Part shown: one piece after another, positions 23,846 to 35,161 of the stretch
How the letters are laid out: each line of letters starts with the position of its first letter
How positions within the stretch are numbered: position 1 is the first letter of the stretch
NCBI GenBank assembly: GCA_009103225.1
Contig: RHPI01002888.1
Span: forward strand, 82,122-146,121
DNA length: 64,000 nucleotides
Direction: 5' to 3'
From: Chlorokybus atmophyticus
Taxonomy: Eukaryota; Plantae; Mesostigma and Chlorokybus algae
Position numbers and translations under genes: made by a program
The notes under the pieces: model-generated
What the model saw: the letters and a program-made list of their open reading frames with translations, nothing else
Database searches by the model: none
What the model was told of the DNA's origin: nothing

Positions 23846-26800
23846 TCAATATGTGGTGCGAGGCCACACCACTGGGTTGGCAGCGCTTCGCGCGTGCTCC
23901 AGTGTGTGCATACGTCTGTCCTGATGCAACTTGTCTTCACTTACGGAAGCTTGGGGCCAGACATCCGGGCGTCGAGGGCTAGGCATAGGCCTTGGAGGAA
24001 AAAAGCTGGGCTGGCCCACAGGGCCTGCGTAACCCAACATACCTGTGATATCAACAGAAATCATCAGTACACTATGAACTGTGCCGCACGACGTCAAATT
24101 GTACACAACAACAATGCACGCATCGCGTTATGTAAAGCAGTGACGCAATGTCAGCTCATCCCGGCAACAGACTTGGTTGCTAATTGGTCAAGTGTACTCA
24201 CCTGGATGCACCACAGGCTGGGGCTGCGCGTGATATTGAGGGGCTGCCTGCGAGATTCCCCAAGCAGGTTGAGGGTACATTGTTGCGCCGCCAGTCAGTG
24301 CGGCGTGTGGCAAAAAAGGACCAGCATGCGGGTGCGGCACCATACATCGATGCGGCATGCCATACATGTCAGCCTGCAGCAAACTGTACGTGAGTGCCTT
24401 GCAAGTTAGAGGAAGAGGTGTAACCAATTGACTGTGCGGGGACAATGGTGACACCGCTTCGTTTGTTGTCGTTGCAACGCCTGCGTGGCAACTGAATGTC
24501 ATAAACTGACCATGAAGTGTGCGCGACCGTGACGTGAGCGTCGCCTCCTCCGCCGGCGTGTATGGGCCTGCCCAGGGACTGTGCTGCCCTCGCTGCCTGC
24601 TTCCGGTACCTCCTCGCCATCTGATGAGCCTGGTGTGTCCTGAGCATCCGCCTGGCCCTCCGATACGCCCCTGGACTCGGTTTCGGATGTGGCTGGCTCG
24701 GGTCTGACAACAAGTCATGGTAAAGTGTTTGCCAAAAAGCAATGCAAGTCCAAACTAGGCCTTCTTCAGTGCAGTATGGTACCTTGTTTCTGCTGCTTTC
24801 TGACCATCGCATTGCAGTGCCTCACGTAAAACGTTTTGCAAATCCGGGGACGACCTTTTCACTTCCTCCTACAAGAAACAGAGGTAAGTGGTGTGTTGTG
24901 TGAGTTGACGGGTAATGTGACACATGCAAGCGCTTAGCAGAAGAGCAACTTTATAACCTGTCTTAGGGCGCCAGCAATGCGTTGCCTGAGCAGCTGTTGC
25001 TGAATGCGCTCGGAGATGTCCCTCTCAACAGTGACGAATGCAAATGACTTTGCTTTCTGGTCTGCAGGCATGTGCAGGCATGTGCAGGCAAGGGCCTCAG
25101 CATGCAGCATAGATAGATAAATAGCACAGCAACACTTCTTAGTACCAACCTGGATATAGCCTGTAATTGACATCAAGCCAAACCGCCGCACCAGACTTCT
25201 TGACACGCCGTAATTTGTAAAAGCCTGATAGTTGGAGGTCTACCTTCCGTCCCGCAAGAAACGCTTGCAGAGTGTCGCCGGACAACTGCTTCGCTATAGT
25301 GCTCTGAAAACGACAACACTATTTGAACACCTGCTTCTGGGCGTATGTGCACAAAAAATAATTTCCCTGCAAAAGCAACCACGATATATATAGTTGCGGG
25401 AACAAAGGGACTCATACTTGAATGCTGATAAGGCGTGACAAGTCCTCGCTATAAACATAGTCGTAGTCGGACTTTCCCAGAAGCTCCCTTACATCATAAC
25501 CCAGGACATCATACACCGCTGGCGATACATGAGTAATGTTTCTCTCTGAGTCCAACTGCCAGTAGACGAGTTGTTGAACAATGGGCGGACCCCGCCAACA
25601 AATACGATGAAGCGCATCTGCCACTGATAGGAGACTAACCTGAAAAAGCATGTCGGGACATGCCTCCTCAACAGCGGAGGCTCGTTGTAGGGACTCTTGC
25701 AGCTTGTCTTGTTCTGATGTGTCTCTCCCCACAGTGATGACATGGCTGCATTTACCATCGATGTAGCAGAACGTCATTTGCAACTGGAACCACCTGTATT
25801 CCCCCGATTTCGCCTGTAATTGTATCTACACAACAAGCCCCTGCTTGAGATGAAGAGCCACCACAGGGCTGCAGCAGACTGAGAGATGCGCAAGCACACA
25901 CACGAGTTGAATGACAAAAGGCCGTTGCAGCCTGACATCCTTGCTGACCAGCCATTAAACAAGTTAGCTGCCAGTGACTCAACCACACACACTTGGCTAT
26001 TCTCTCTGCAGTACGACAGTTCAGACGGACCTGCTCCATAAGTGAAAAGGTTTCGAAGTGCTCATCCCAAAGCCGCTGGAACCGTTCGACAAGGCGAGTT
26101 GCCCTGCAGCATGTCAAGTCCATGAGAACGATGCAATGTTGACACCATCGCATCCTTGGAACAGTAACAGCATGTGGCTACAACAACAGCTTGTGTCCAG
26201 CTTATGCAACTTTGTTTGTCTGTGATAACCTTGTACTTGCCAGCCTTTGAACCAGGACGGCGGCTCTCAAGCGCTTACCTCTTCTCATCTGTTAGTATTG
26301 TAGACGGCTTGCCGATCAGTTCTTCGGGTGCGTAACCCAAGTGCTTTGTAACAGCACTGTTGCAAAAACGGATGGTATTGCCATCAGCATCGGTTTGCAA
26401 GATGAGATCTGCCGCTGCGTCCATAATTAATTGCAGTTGATTCTTGACTTGGCTCAACTCTTTGTTAGCATCCTGCAGCAAGACCAGACGTCCCGTTCAC
26501 AAACCTGGCATAGCAAATCACCAGCAGAAAGTACGCCAACACCTCACCAGTATCTACACACCTGCAACGCCTGAGTGCGCTCCCTGACACGGCGTTCTAA
26601 GTCGCTGTTGATCTCCAATATGTAGTCCTCATGTCGTTTCCTATCAGATATGTCACGGCTAATGCCAATCACACCCTGATTCACACAATTATCTCATGAA
26701 CACAACATCAGTATCACCCGCAGAAAAATTGAAGGTGGAAGCACTCACCTGAAGTTGACCGTTCTCATCCAATATTGGTCTGTCAGTGACCAACATATGC

Positions 26801-27505
26801 AGCCTTGTGCCAGAGCGAGTGAGAACCGGAAACTCGCCTGTCCAGTCCTCGCCCTGTAGATTAACATTGCTTTTGGTAAACTTGTTGATGTGGGCGCATG
26901 AAGAGATATATGCATCACATCTCAAGTATAGGTTATGACGATGCACGAGGACAAACACAATAACAACTGCACGCCCAAAGTGTGCGTGCGTACGCCGGCG
27001 CATGCCAGCACACGAGTCATCGCTTAACAACAGGGTTACCTGGACTAAGCTGGACATGATATCATGTGCAATCTGCGTATCAGTTTCAGGAACAACAAAG
27101 TCAATGATGTCTTTTCCGAAAGCCTCGTCGATTGTCCAACCATATGTACGCTCCGCATTCTTGTTCCTGTAGGCGGCCATGTAAGCAATATGCAATTATT
27201 TGCACACAAGCATTGACAAGCAGTACAAAGCGGTACCAGAAGATGATTTTCCCCATCTGGTCTGTAGTGATAATGGATTCACCAACAGAGTTCAGCATCA
27301 GGTGCTGCAGCCTTGACGCGGCTGTAATCGACTCCAATTGCTCTTGCGTTGCAACGAGCACATTCAGGAGCCGCTGGTGCTCTTCCTGGGTAGCAACCAG
27401 CTTGGTGCGCATGTCTTCAACTTCCATCAACGCTCGCTCCTTTGCGTGGCGCTCCGCCTTGAGAGACAGCCGTAGCTGCTCAGCCTCGTAACGAAGCGCC
27501 TCCAT
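23846..27505 (-). CDS. Three-PAS/PAC-domain sensor-like protein with coiled coils and a low-complexity tail, multi-exon; both ends uncertain
   Basis: PAS1: MLNSVGESIITTDQMGKIIFW..NKNAERTYGWTIDEAFGK...GEDWTGEF...GVIGISRDISDRKR. PAS2: IMDAAADLILQTDADGNTIRFCNSAVTKHLGYAPEELIGK...VITVGRDTSE. PAS3: EEACPDMLFQLDSERNITHVSPAVYDVLGYDVRELLGK...FVTVERDISER. Exons join in frame at GT-AG. Confidence 0.8.
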
Positions 27506-28971
27506 CTCACTGTGTTGGACAGAGGAAACGTTAGGCTGCAGCTAAATCAAGAACACATGTTGGTCTTTGTTGCAAACAGCACCCCGACAAGCTCGCATGC
27601 TGATGCAATCAAGAGACAACCTTGCGTGCTTGCGCTGGTCTTGCTCAGAAGAATCGTACACTCCCATCCTGTGAAAACTGTGCTGCAGCATTCTGGTGTC
27701 CTTGTGTGCTGGCACCATCATGCACTGTAGCACATCGGGTGAGCTGTTATGCAACGCAATTCAACAGAATGCAAGCCAATGCAACGCAATGCAATGCCAA
27801 CCAGCCCTCAACCAGCCGAACAAGGCCGCAGTGCACGCAGCCAAAATGGCAATACGCTAAAGCTGTTTGAAGCCAAACAGGGCTGCACATGGTTCAGAAC
27901 CATTGTGGTCTGGTTTTCCTTAATGCAAAGCAAACTGGCTTGACGAAATAAAGTACACACATATTTGTGAGACAAACTGCATGGGCTTGCAAAGTATGGT
28001 GCTGAAGCAGTAGTACAGATATTGGCTCTGAAGGCAAATACCGGCCTGTGTGCCAGTGCTTGCAATATTCATCCATTCTACACGATCAGAAGAACCTAGC
28101 GGGCAGCGATCGTAAGCGATGCTTTGCCCGCCAGCTGAGTATGCACACCACAGCAGCAGAGTCAAGTCAACTAAGTAGCGTGTGTTACTTTGTAGCAAGA
28201 GATTGCACCCCGTCACCCCAGAAAAACTTCTGACTGCAAGCTATCAGATACGCTGGTGCAGGCTGACAGCTGCCACCAAAGCTGCTTTGTGCAGCCGTGC
28301 TGCCAGCTAGCCGCCAGGCGCTGTCAAGCTGTGAATGCATCGCAATTAAGCAGCAGCATGAAAGCCAATGCAGCGCAGAGTAACGCTGCTTGAACCCTTA
28401 CCTGCATACCGTCAGGAAGCTCTCAGCATCAGCGCCGCCGGGCACGGTGCGCCCATACCGTCTGCCAGCTGGCAAATCTCCACGGGCACTTCCCCGCTGG
28501 CTAGCACTGTCCCGCCCCAACCCACTCTCTACCAACCGCCACTCCCGCCTTCAGCTCCACCACCCCAGGCAAGAACAAGCCACAACAATCCTCGTCCAAT
28601 CACACGACGCCCCGCGGCCTCCGCCGCCACCGCCCTCCGCCGCCGCCATGGCCGTCGTCGTCGTGGAGAAACTCCGCCACCTCTGCTAGCAGTGCCTGGC
28701 CCAGCATCAATGCCAGGCCCGCGGAGTCTGGTGTAAATGTAAGCCACCAGTTTCCACTCCTCGTCGTGCCGTGTCCCGCGCCTGTCCATGGTGTCGGTCT
28801 ACCGTACGACCTAGGCTTGTCAGGCCTACACCATATGGTTGGAGCACTGTACTGCGTCAGATACACTGACCACCGTGGTACGGGCAACAACAGGTGGCTG
28901 TACCGCTTGTGTACTAGTTGCTGTACTTTTGCTTTCTTCTTGGTAACGTGCTCAGCAGTGTGATCGGCGGT

Positions 28972-29594
28972 TGAACTGGCAGTAGCAGTTTACTCATTGG
29001 TCTCAACCTCGTCAACAGTTACAACAGTCACAGACACATGTACTTGAATGCAAAGGCACAACAGTGTTGTGACAACACTCCACTGAATGACAACACCCAT
29101 AAGGTATGACATAGCAAACACACACAAGTGCAACAATCACATGCTACTGCTCTAGGTATGTAATAACTTCTATGCTATGTGTGTGATTGTAACAAGCATA
29201 TTAACATAACAATCAGCATGTTCACGCAACAACTCGTGCATTGCGCACAACTCAACTCCAACTATAATTGAACTATGATTGAACTGTCCAACTATAATTG
29301 AACTGTCAGTAGCAGTTTACTCATTGGTCTCAACCTCGTCAACAGTTACAACAGTCACAGACACATGTACTTGAATGCAAAGGCACAACAGTGTTGTGCC
29401 AACACTCCACTGAATGACAACACCCATAAGGTATGACATAGCATACACACACAAATGCAACAATCACATGCTACTGCTCTAGCTATGTAATAACTTCTAT
29501 GCTATGTGTGTGATTGTAACAAGCATATTAACATAACAATCAGCATGTTCACGCAACAACTCGTGCATTGCGCACAACTCAACTCCAACTATAA
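28972..29594. repeat. Tandem duplication, period 327 bp, nearly identical copies
   Basis: cagtagcagtttactcattggtctcaacc... starts at 28980 and 29307; both copies end ...ctcaactccaactataa (29267 and 29594). Confidence 0.92.
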
Positions 29595-30480
29595 GCGCTA
29601 CATTATTACAACTTGTGTATGATTTCTTTTGTTTTGCGTGCACTACCATGCCCGCTTATATACTGCTAGCTATACAGGTATATATTGTAGATATAGCATA
29701 GAGATAGTATAGTCGCTGACATTATTGCTGGCAGCTTAGCTGATATATCACACCATGTTATGATATCGAATTTGTTGTGATATCATTTAACTACTCCTAA
29801 TTAGTATAATTGTTAATGTATCGTTTAATTACTCCTAACTAATTTAATTGTTAATGTAATACAACGCGATTATCCCATTACTCTCCCCTTAAAAAAGGTT
29901 TGCTCTTCATGAGTCTTCATGTTTTTCATATTTGTGAACTTATCGCAATTTTCATATATCTTTGTGATAGGATTGCATGTCTTCTTTTGGGTAATCGATA
30001 AGGTGATCTTCTTTGCCAAAAGTAGTTGATTATTGTCGCTTTTGCCTCGCTCTCTTGAGGGCAAACTTCACTTCTGGAGACGGCGATGCACGCTTGTGCT
30101 TTATCCGCTTTGCATCCTCCTTTATACGCAAACTTTAATGGCCATGCTTTGTAATAAGCATTATCAACCTCGAGCTCATTGCTATTGAGGTTCTAGTTTA
30201 ATAGTTGCGGCGGTTGCCGTGGTGTCGCTCACACTGTGGCTCTTTTCTTCGCAATATGTGCGCGGTCACTGCCAATGACTTCGCATATTGTAATTATGAT
30301 AGGAGTTGCCTTTGCGAGCATGCTAGCCCACGCCAAACAAAAGAAGTCATGCACAAATTGCAATACAATATAGCGCTTGGTGTTGTGTGAACATGCTAAT
30401 AATTATGTTAGTATGCTTTTCATTATCATACACATAGCATAGAAGTTATCACATAACTAGAGCAGTAGCATATGGTTGTT
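29457..30480. mobile_element. Possible degenerate non-autonomous foldback/TIR element: imperfect inverted arms of about 150 bp around an AT-rich core
   Basis: 30338-30480 (aaaagaagtcatgcacaaattg...gtgaacatgctaataattatgttagtatgc...cacatagcatagaagttatcacataactagagcagtagca) is a diverged reverse complement of 29457-29630. No TSD identified. Confidence 0.45.
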
Positions 30481-31261
30481 ACACAAGTTCAACCACATAC
30501 CTAGTAGTTTGTTATGCGACCAATCATCGACCACGTGCACTGAGTTTTGCATACCGTATTTGTGCGAATACAACCCCCCTTACAAACAAGGGGTGCGGCT
30601 GATTGGGCCGGTTGATTGGGCCGGCCGGCATTAGGGTACATAAACACATCACATGCGCAAAGGCTAGGCGGCAATTGGTCGCATGGTAGTTGTTATGCGA
30701 CCCATCAGCGGCCATCACATACGGCACCCGCGACTGCCGGGCTGCGCGTTATACGCGACCCGCCCGCCTCTCATGGCTAGGCGGCGACTACTAGCTATCG
30801 GCCGTTTGATCTCTTCTAAATACTTCTTGACCGTCCATAGCACATCACCACGTCCTGCAACTGCTGATGTCACAGCCCACTCGACCATAAAAGACTTGGT
30901 GCTATTATGGTCGATTTGTGGTAATTTAATGTAGCTTCCCGTTACATTCCCCCCCACTTAAGAACACTGACGTCCTCGGCAGATGGCTCCCATCAGCTTG
31001 GGAATCATCCCAGGGGTCTGATTAGGGTCGGTCACCGGCCCCACCACCCAAAAACCGGCTAACTTAGGCCCATACCGATCAACGCGCGCATAGCGCACCG
31101 CTGCCGGCCCCACGGGTTGCATCGCGACATGCAGGTCGCGTCCTGCCGCGCCGACTGAACGCCGGCGCGACTGCCATAAGGAAAGTCGCGACCCATCGCT
31201 GATGGCACTTATGAACATTTACAATGTTACTGGATCAAGAAACAACAACCGCGGAATTCGT

Positions 31262-31335
31262 GTGCAAAGCAGGGATCGAATCCAGGTCTCAAACTCCGAT
31301 GACCAATGTCACAGCCGACTCGACCATAAAAGACT
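31262..31335 (-). pseudogene. Decayed tRNA-like / SINE-head sequence with Pol III A and B boxes
   Basis: Minus strand: TGGTCGAGTCGG (A box), about 25 nt, then GAGACCTGGATTCGATCCCTG (B box / T-arm-like). The acceptor stem does not pair. Confidence 0.4.
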
Positions 31336-31998
31336 CAGCAGCATGCCGCCTTTTTAGCCCTCACTTTAACTGATTCACACCATACCACTTCTTACCAACG
31401 ATCACCGTATTTATCCAAACACAGCGTCCCCCTCAAATATAGCAATTCCCTTATTATATTCGATGGGGCACTGTATTTGACCATACAATGCCACTTCCTT
31501 GTATACAGCTGCCCCTCCGCTTGCAGGCGGGGAAAAGGGGCTGATAAGGGCAATATCGACCGTTGTCGCAGTATCTACGGGCTCGGTTACATTAAGCACA
31601 CCACAGTTTGTGGTGTGTTTATTGTAACAACAGGTTACACGGGGGTGACCTGACGCCCCGCACAGCGATGCGGCGGTCCCATCGGACGGCCTCACTAGAC
31701 GACCATCATCCGATCAATCCGCAAAACCATAACATAAGATAAGCTGCGTTACGGCGCAGTTACGCACCGATTACTTTAATAAGGGGCTCATTGTTACGGT
31801 GTATAACTTACGTTGAACGGCATGCCGGGCGGCAAAGCCCGCAGGGCCCGCCAGGCGTGCCGGTAAAGCGAGGTCTGCCTCTGTCGATAGTGTGGTGCTT
31901 GCCATGGTCGAGGGTTACGCCGTCTCGGACACACTGACGAGCGCTCATGCCGTGGGCATGCTGGTGCTGCGCGCAGCATTAAAGCAACACAAACAAAG

Positions 31999-32094
<96 letters not shown>

Positions 32095-32237
32095 NCTCCC
32101 CTCCTTACTGTACCTACTGTGCTATAGTACACACAATCAACAAGCCACTACGATAGTGAATGAACAAGCAACTCAGAGATGTTATGTCTTGGCTGATGCT
32201 CTCCTCCTTACTGTACCTACTGTGCTATAGTACACAC

Positions 32238-32825
32238 AATCAACAAGCCACTACGATAGTGAATGAACAAGCAACTCAGAGATGTTATGTTGTGACTGAT
32301 GCAGCAAACACATCACCGCCAAGCTCACAGCAATGACAAGCACAGCGCACAAGATATATCATACATTGTGTCTCACGTGGTAAGGCAGTCCTTGACAACC
32401 GGGATGGTGTGCTTCCAGTTCAAGTCGCTTCACCAGCTCGTAAAGTCAAAGTCTCTACTTTTAATACTCACTTACAGTGACACCAGCGAGTCTAGTAACA
32501 TGACTTCCTACTTATACATATCAAATGATGACTGTGTAGTGCCACGCGGCCACTAGGCCAACGGTCACATTGAGGCCGTATGCTACTACGAGAATCCTTT
32601 AAGACTCGATATAACACATGAGTTAATAACAGATTCCTAACTGCTCAGCTACGCGCGGTTCCTACAGAGAGTTTTATAGAGTAGCCCTAGCTACATGCTA
32701 CATACAGTACGAAGTTGCTAGCAGTAGACTAGGGCGCGCGCGGTCTTCATGCTGGTAGCCCGGGCTTGGGGCTGGATGTAGGTATGCTCGAGGAGGACTA
32801 GCATGCGAGGGTATTTGGCATGACA
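32238..32825 (-). repeat. Copy A 3' L repeat (LTR-like)
   Basis: Homologous to 47539-48181, visibly diverged and with an internal deletion of about 58 bp; ends ...ggcatgaca, followed by gc-tgtcg. Confidence 0.85.
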
Positions 32826-33101
32826 GCTGTCGTGCCTGCCATGGTCGAGGGTCACGCCGTCTTGGGCACACTGACGAGCGCTCATGCCCTTGGCATGCTA
32901 TTGCTGCGCGCAGCATGTGGCAACACAAACAAAGACAACCCCCCAGACATAGGCTCGAGGATAAGCCTATGTGAGGATCTGCTCAGTAGTAGAGCTGGAG
33001 ACGCTCTCCTCCTTACTGTACCTACTATGCTGTAGTACACACAGTCAACAAACCACCCCCCCTGAAGTTCTAGGGTAGCCTCCTGCTCCAGGACTTAGTT
33101 T

Positions 33102-34460
33102 CTACCGACTGTGTGGGGGACCGTTGATGCAGCAGTCATCGCACCAATACTCCCACAGCGGCACCTTGTTTAATGGAGGGTCAAGGCAGTAACAGTGCAT
33201 GCCTTGGTTGCAGCCTTTGCATAACAGCATCAACGGGTAATTGTCAACACTGCCACATCTCTCGCAACGGGTGCTGGATCTGGTCGAAGCTAGCAACGTC
33301 GGGAAGATGACAGGGCAGTTCACCACGTTGTCCATCATGCGCTCGCCTTGTTGTCCCAGAAGGTCTAGTACCCCTTTGAGATACACCTTCAATACCTTAT
33401 AGAAAGTGCGCCCGATGAAGGTGTCAAGGGTGTCTTGTGTAGCCGCCATGCGGTAGACGAAGTCTCTTGGCTGGAAGCAGCGTTCTCACTCCTTGTAGAA
33501 ACCCCTACGCACCCGCTCGTAACGAAGCGTGTCGTGCTGCTGAGCAATGCGCAGGTTGTTGAAGGCCATGGGGACAGTGTGCACGAACAGCCCGCTGCGC
33601 ACTGTGAGATCATACAGCATCTCGTCGCGGTTGTCGAGATTGTCCACCACTCTGTTGACCTCTTGCTGTGCGCGGAAAGGGAGCAATGGCTGCCTTTCAA
33701 ACAGCAAATTGTATGGGCTGTACTCTCGCAGTGCTGCCTGATTGGACAGCCGGTATCCCATAGCTACCCATGGGAGTGGGTATCCCATAGCTACCCATGG
33801 GAGTGGTCATCCCATGTGCTCGTCTCGTAGTTGAGGACGTACATGCGCAAAGCCTTTTTGATGGTCTGCACAGTATGCTCAGCGAGACCATCGGCTTGTG
33901 GATGGTCGCGGGAAGTACGGCGATGGTCGATGAAGCATCTATCCATAAGATTGTCGAAGGCTCCTCTAAACTCCGTACCTTGGTCGATAATGACTTCAGC
34001 ACGGCTGCCGAAGCGTCCGAGTACATGGGAGATAAAAGCCTGTGCTACTCTTTCGCTGCTCTTGTCGGGAAGGAGCACCAGCTCCACCCATTTGCAAAAG
34101 TGCTCGATTAAGATGAGGATGTAGCGGTTGCCTCGTGCTGAGGGCGATAAGTCCCCGAGGATGTCCAATCCCCATCGGTAAAACAGTCCCAAGATGGGAA
34201 GGGGATGCAAGGTGGCGTTGCGCGTGTTTAGGCTCGCGCGGACCATGTCACACTGCTGGCAGTCGCTGACGATCTCGCGCACCTTTTTGTGCACCCCATA
34301 CCACCAATACTGAGTCTAAACTAGACTGGCTGTGCGCTTGACACCGAAGTGTCCGAGCTCGGTGTGAAGGGCAGCAATAGTGCCTTCTCGCGCAGCTGAT
34401 GTTGAGACCTCCTTGTCCTCATTTTGTATCCGTCGATACAGGTTGTCGTCGACCCAGCAA
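33102..34460 (-). pseudogene. Copy A integrase (rve) plus C-terminal PHD finger, frameshifted
   Basis: WGLDILG, VIIDQGTEF, QADGLAEHTVQTIK (D-D-E core); CERC...LLCKGCNQGMHCYCLDPPLNKVPLWEYWCDDC (PHD-like, C4HC3). Confidence 0.9.
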
Positions 34461-34609
34461 TAGATGCTGAGTGCGTTGCTTGATGCGGTCTTCCTCGCGC
34501 GCGCTCATGCCCACTGAAAATTGTCCAGGCCGGAGCAGAGCGAGGAATGGCTTGTCAAGCCAGATGTCCTGTCGTGTGTCAGTGGGTGCCAACTCCTATT
34601 CGTCCACCT

Positions 34610-35034
34610 TGTTGAGAGTCATTCCTACATACGATCAGCATCGACCCTCCACACAGGAGTAGAAGGTCGTAAGGATGGGCACTAGGTCCGGACTTAGCAA
34701 GATGGCGTCATCGGACCAGACTCCGGACTCCAGACTGGAGCCTTACTAACTGCTTCGTATCTCCGCGTATACTTACTCATGTTGGGCGTGTAAGACCTTG
34801 TTGGAAAGCTCTGGTTGTAAAAAAGACAACACAGCTTAGAGCGCGTCAAAAGGCTGAGTATAGCTTACGCAGTGCTTGCAAACGTAGACTTGTGTGTAAC
34901 TGGCTGGTATAAGAACCAGCAGACAACTTGTAATAGATGAATGTGATGCGACTTGTGTATGCTCTGGTGGCGGTAGCTCTGTCTCTGTGTGTCTATGCTT
35001 GCCTCAACTACATGTGCATGCTAGCCCTTCAATA
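34610..35034 (+). repeat. Copia 5' LTR (425 bp)
   Basis: Matches 39102-39519 with about 14 substitutions and one 7-bp indel (manual count). Confidence 0.95.
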
Positions 35035-35048
35035 GGTTATGGGCCCAC
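35035..35048 (+). promoter_or_regulatory. Copia primer-binding site of the half-tRNA-iMet type
   Basis: GGTTATGGGCCCAC lies directly after the 5' LTR and resembles the GGTTATGGGCCCAG PBS of Drosophila copia, which is primed by a tRNA-iMet 5' fragment. Confidence 0.8.
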
Positions 35049-35161
35049 ACTACGCTTGAGGAGTGTGAGACTAGCTTGTGTGCATAGTAGTTCTACACTA
35101 CGGTAGCTTGTTGGTAGCAGAGCCTTGGGTGTCAACTGCAAGAAAGGCAGGCTCGACAAAA

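Noticed and set aside
23846-27505. Bacterial contamination or recent transfer explaining the PAS gene
   Set aside because: The gene is split by many GT-AG introns with host-like composition.
31262-31335. Functional tRNA gene
   Set aside because: The acceptor and T stems do not pair; kept only as a decayed tRNA-like element.
32000-32095. Long poly-C tract and the poly-Pro / poly-Gly ORFs through it (also 61074-61125 and 41263-41269)
   Set aside because: Each run abuts or contains N bases, and at 32000 it replaces sequence present in the sister S repeat. Most likely a sequencing or gap-filling artefact.
32101-32290. 103-bp-period exact duplication across the S/L overlap of copy A
   Set aside because: Adjacent to the poly-C/N artefact and absent from copy B; cannot be distinguished from an assembly overlap error.
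33752-33805. 27-bp tandem duplication in the copy A integrase
   Set aside because: Absent from copy B; an ordinary slippage mutation in a dead copy.
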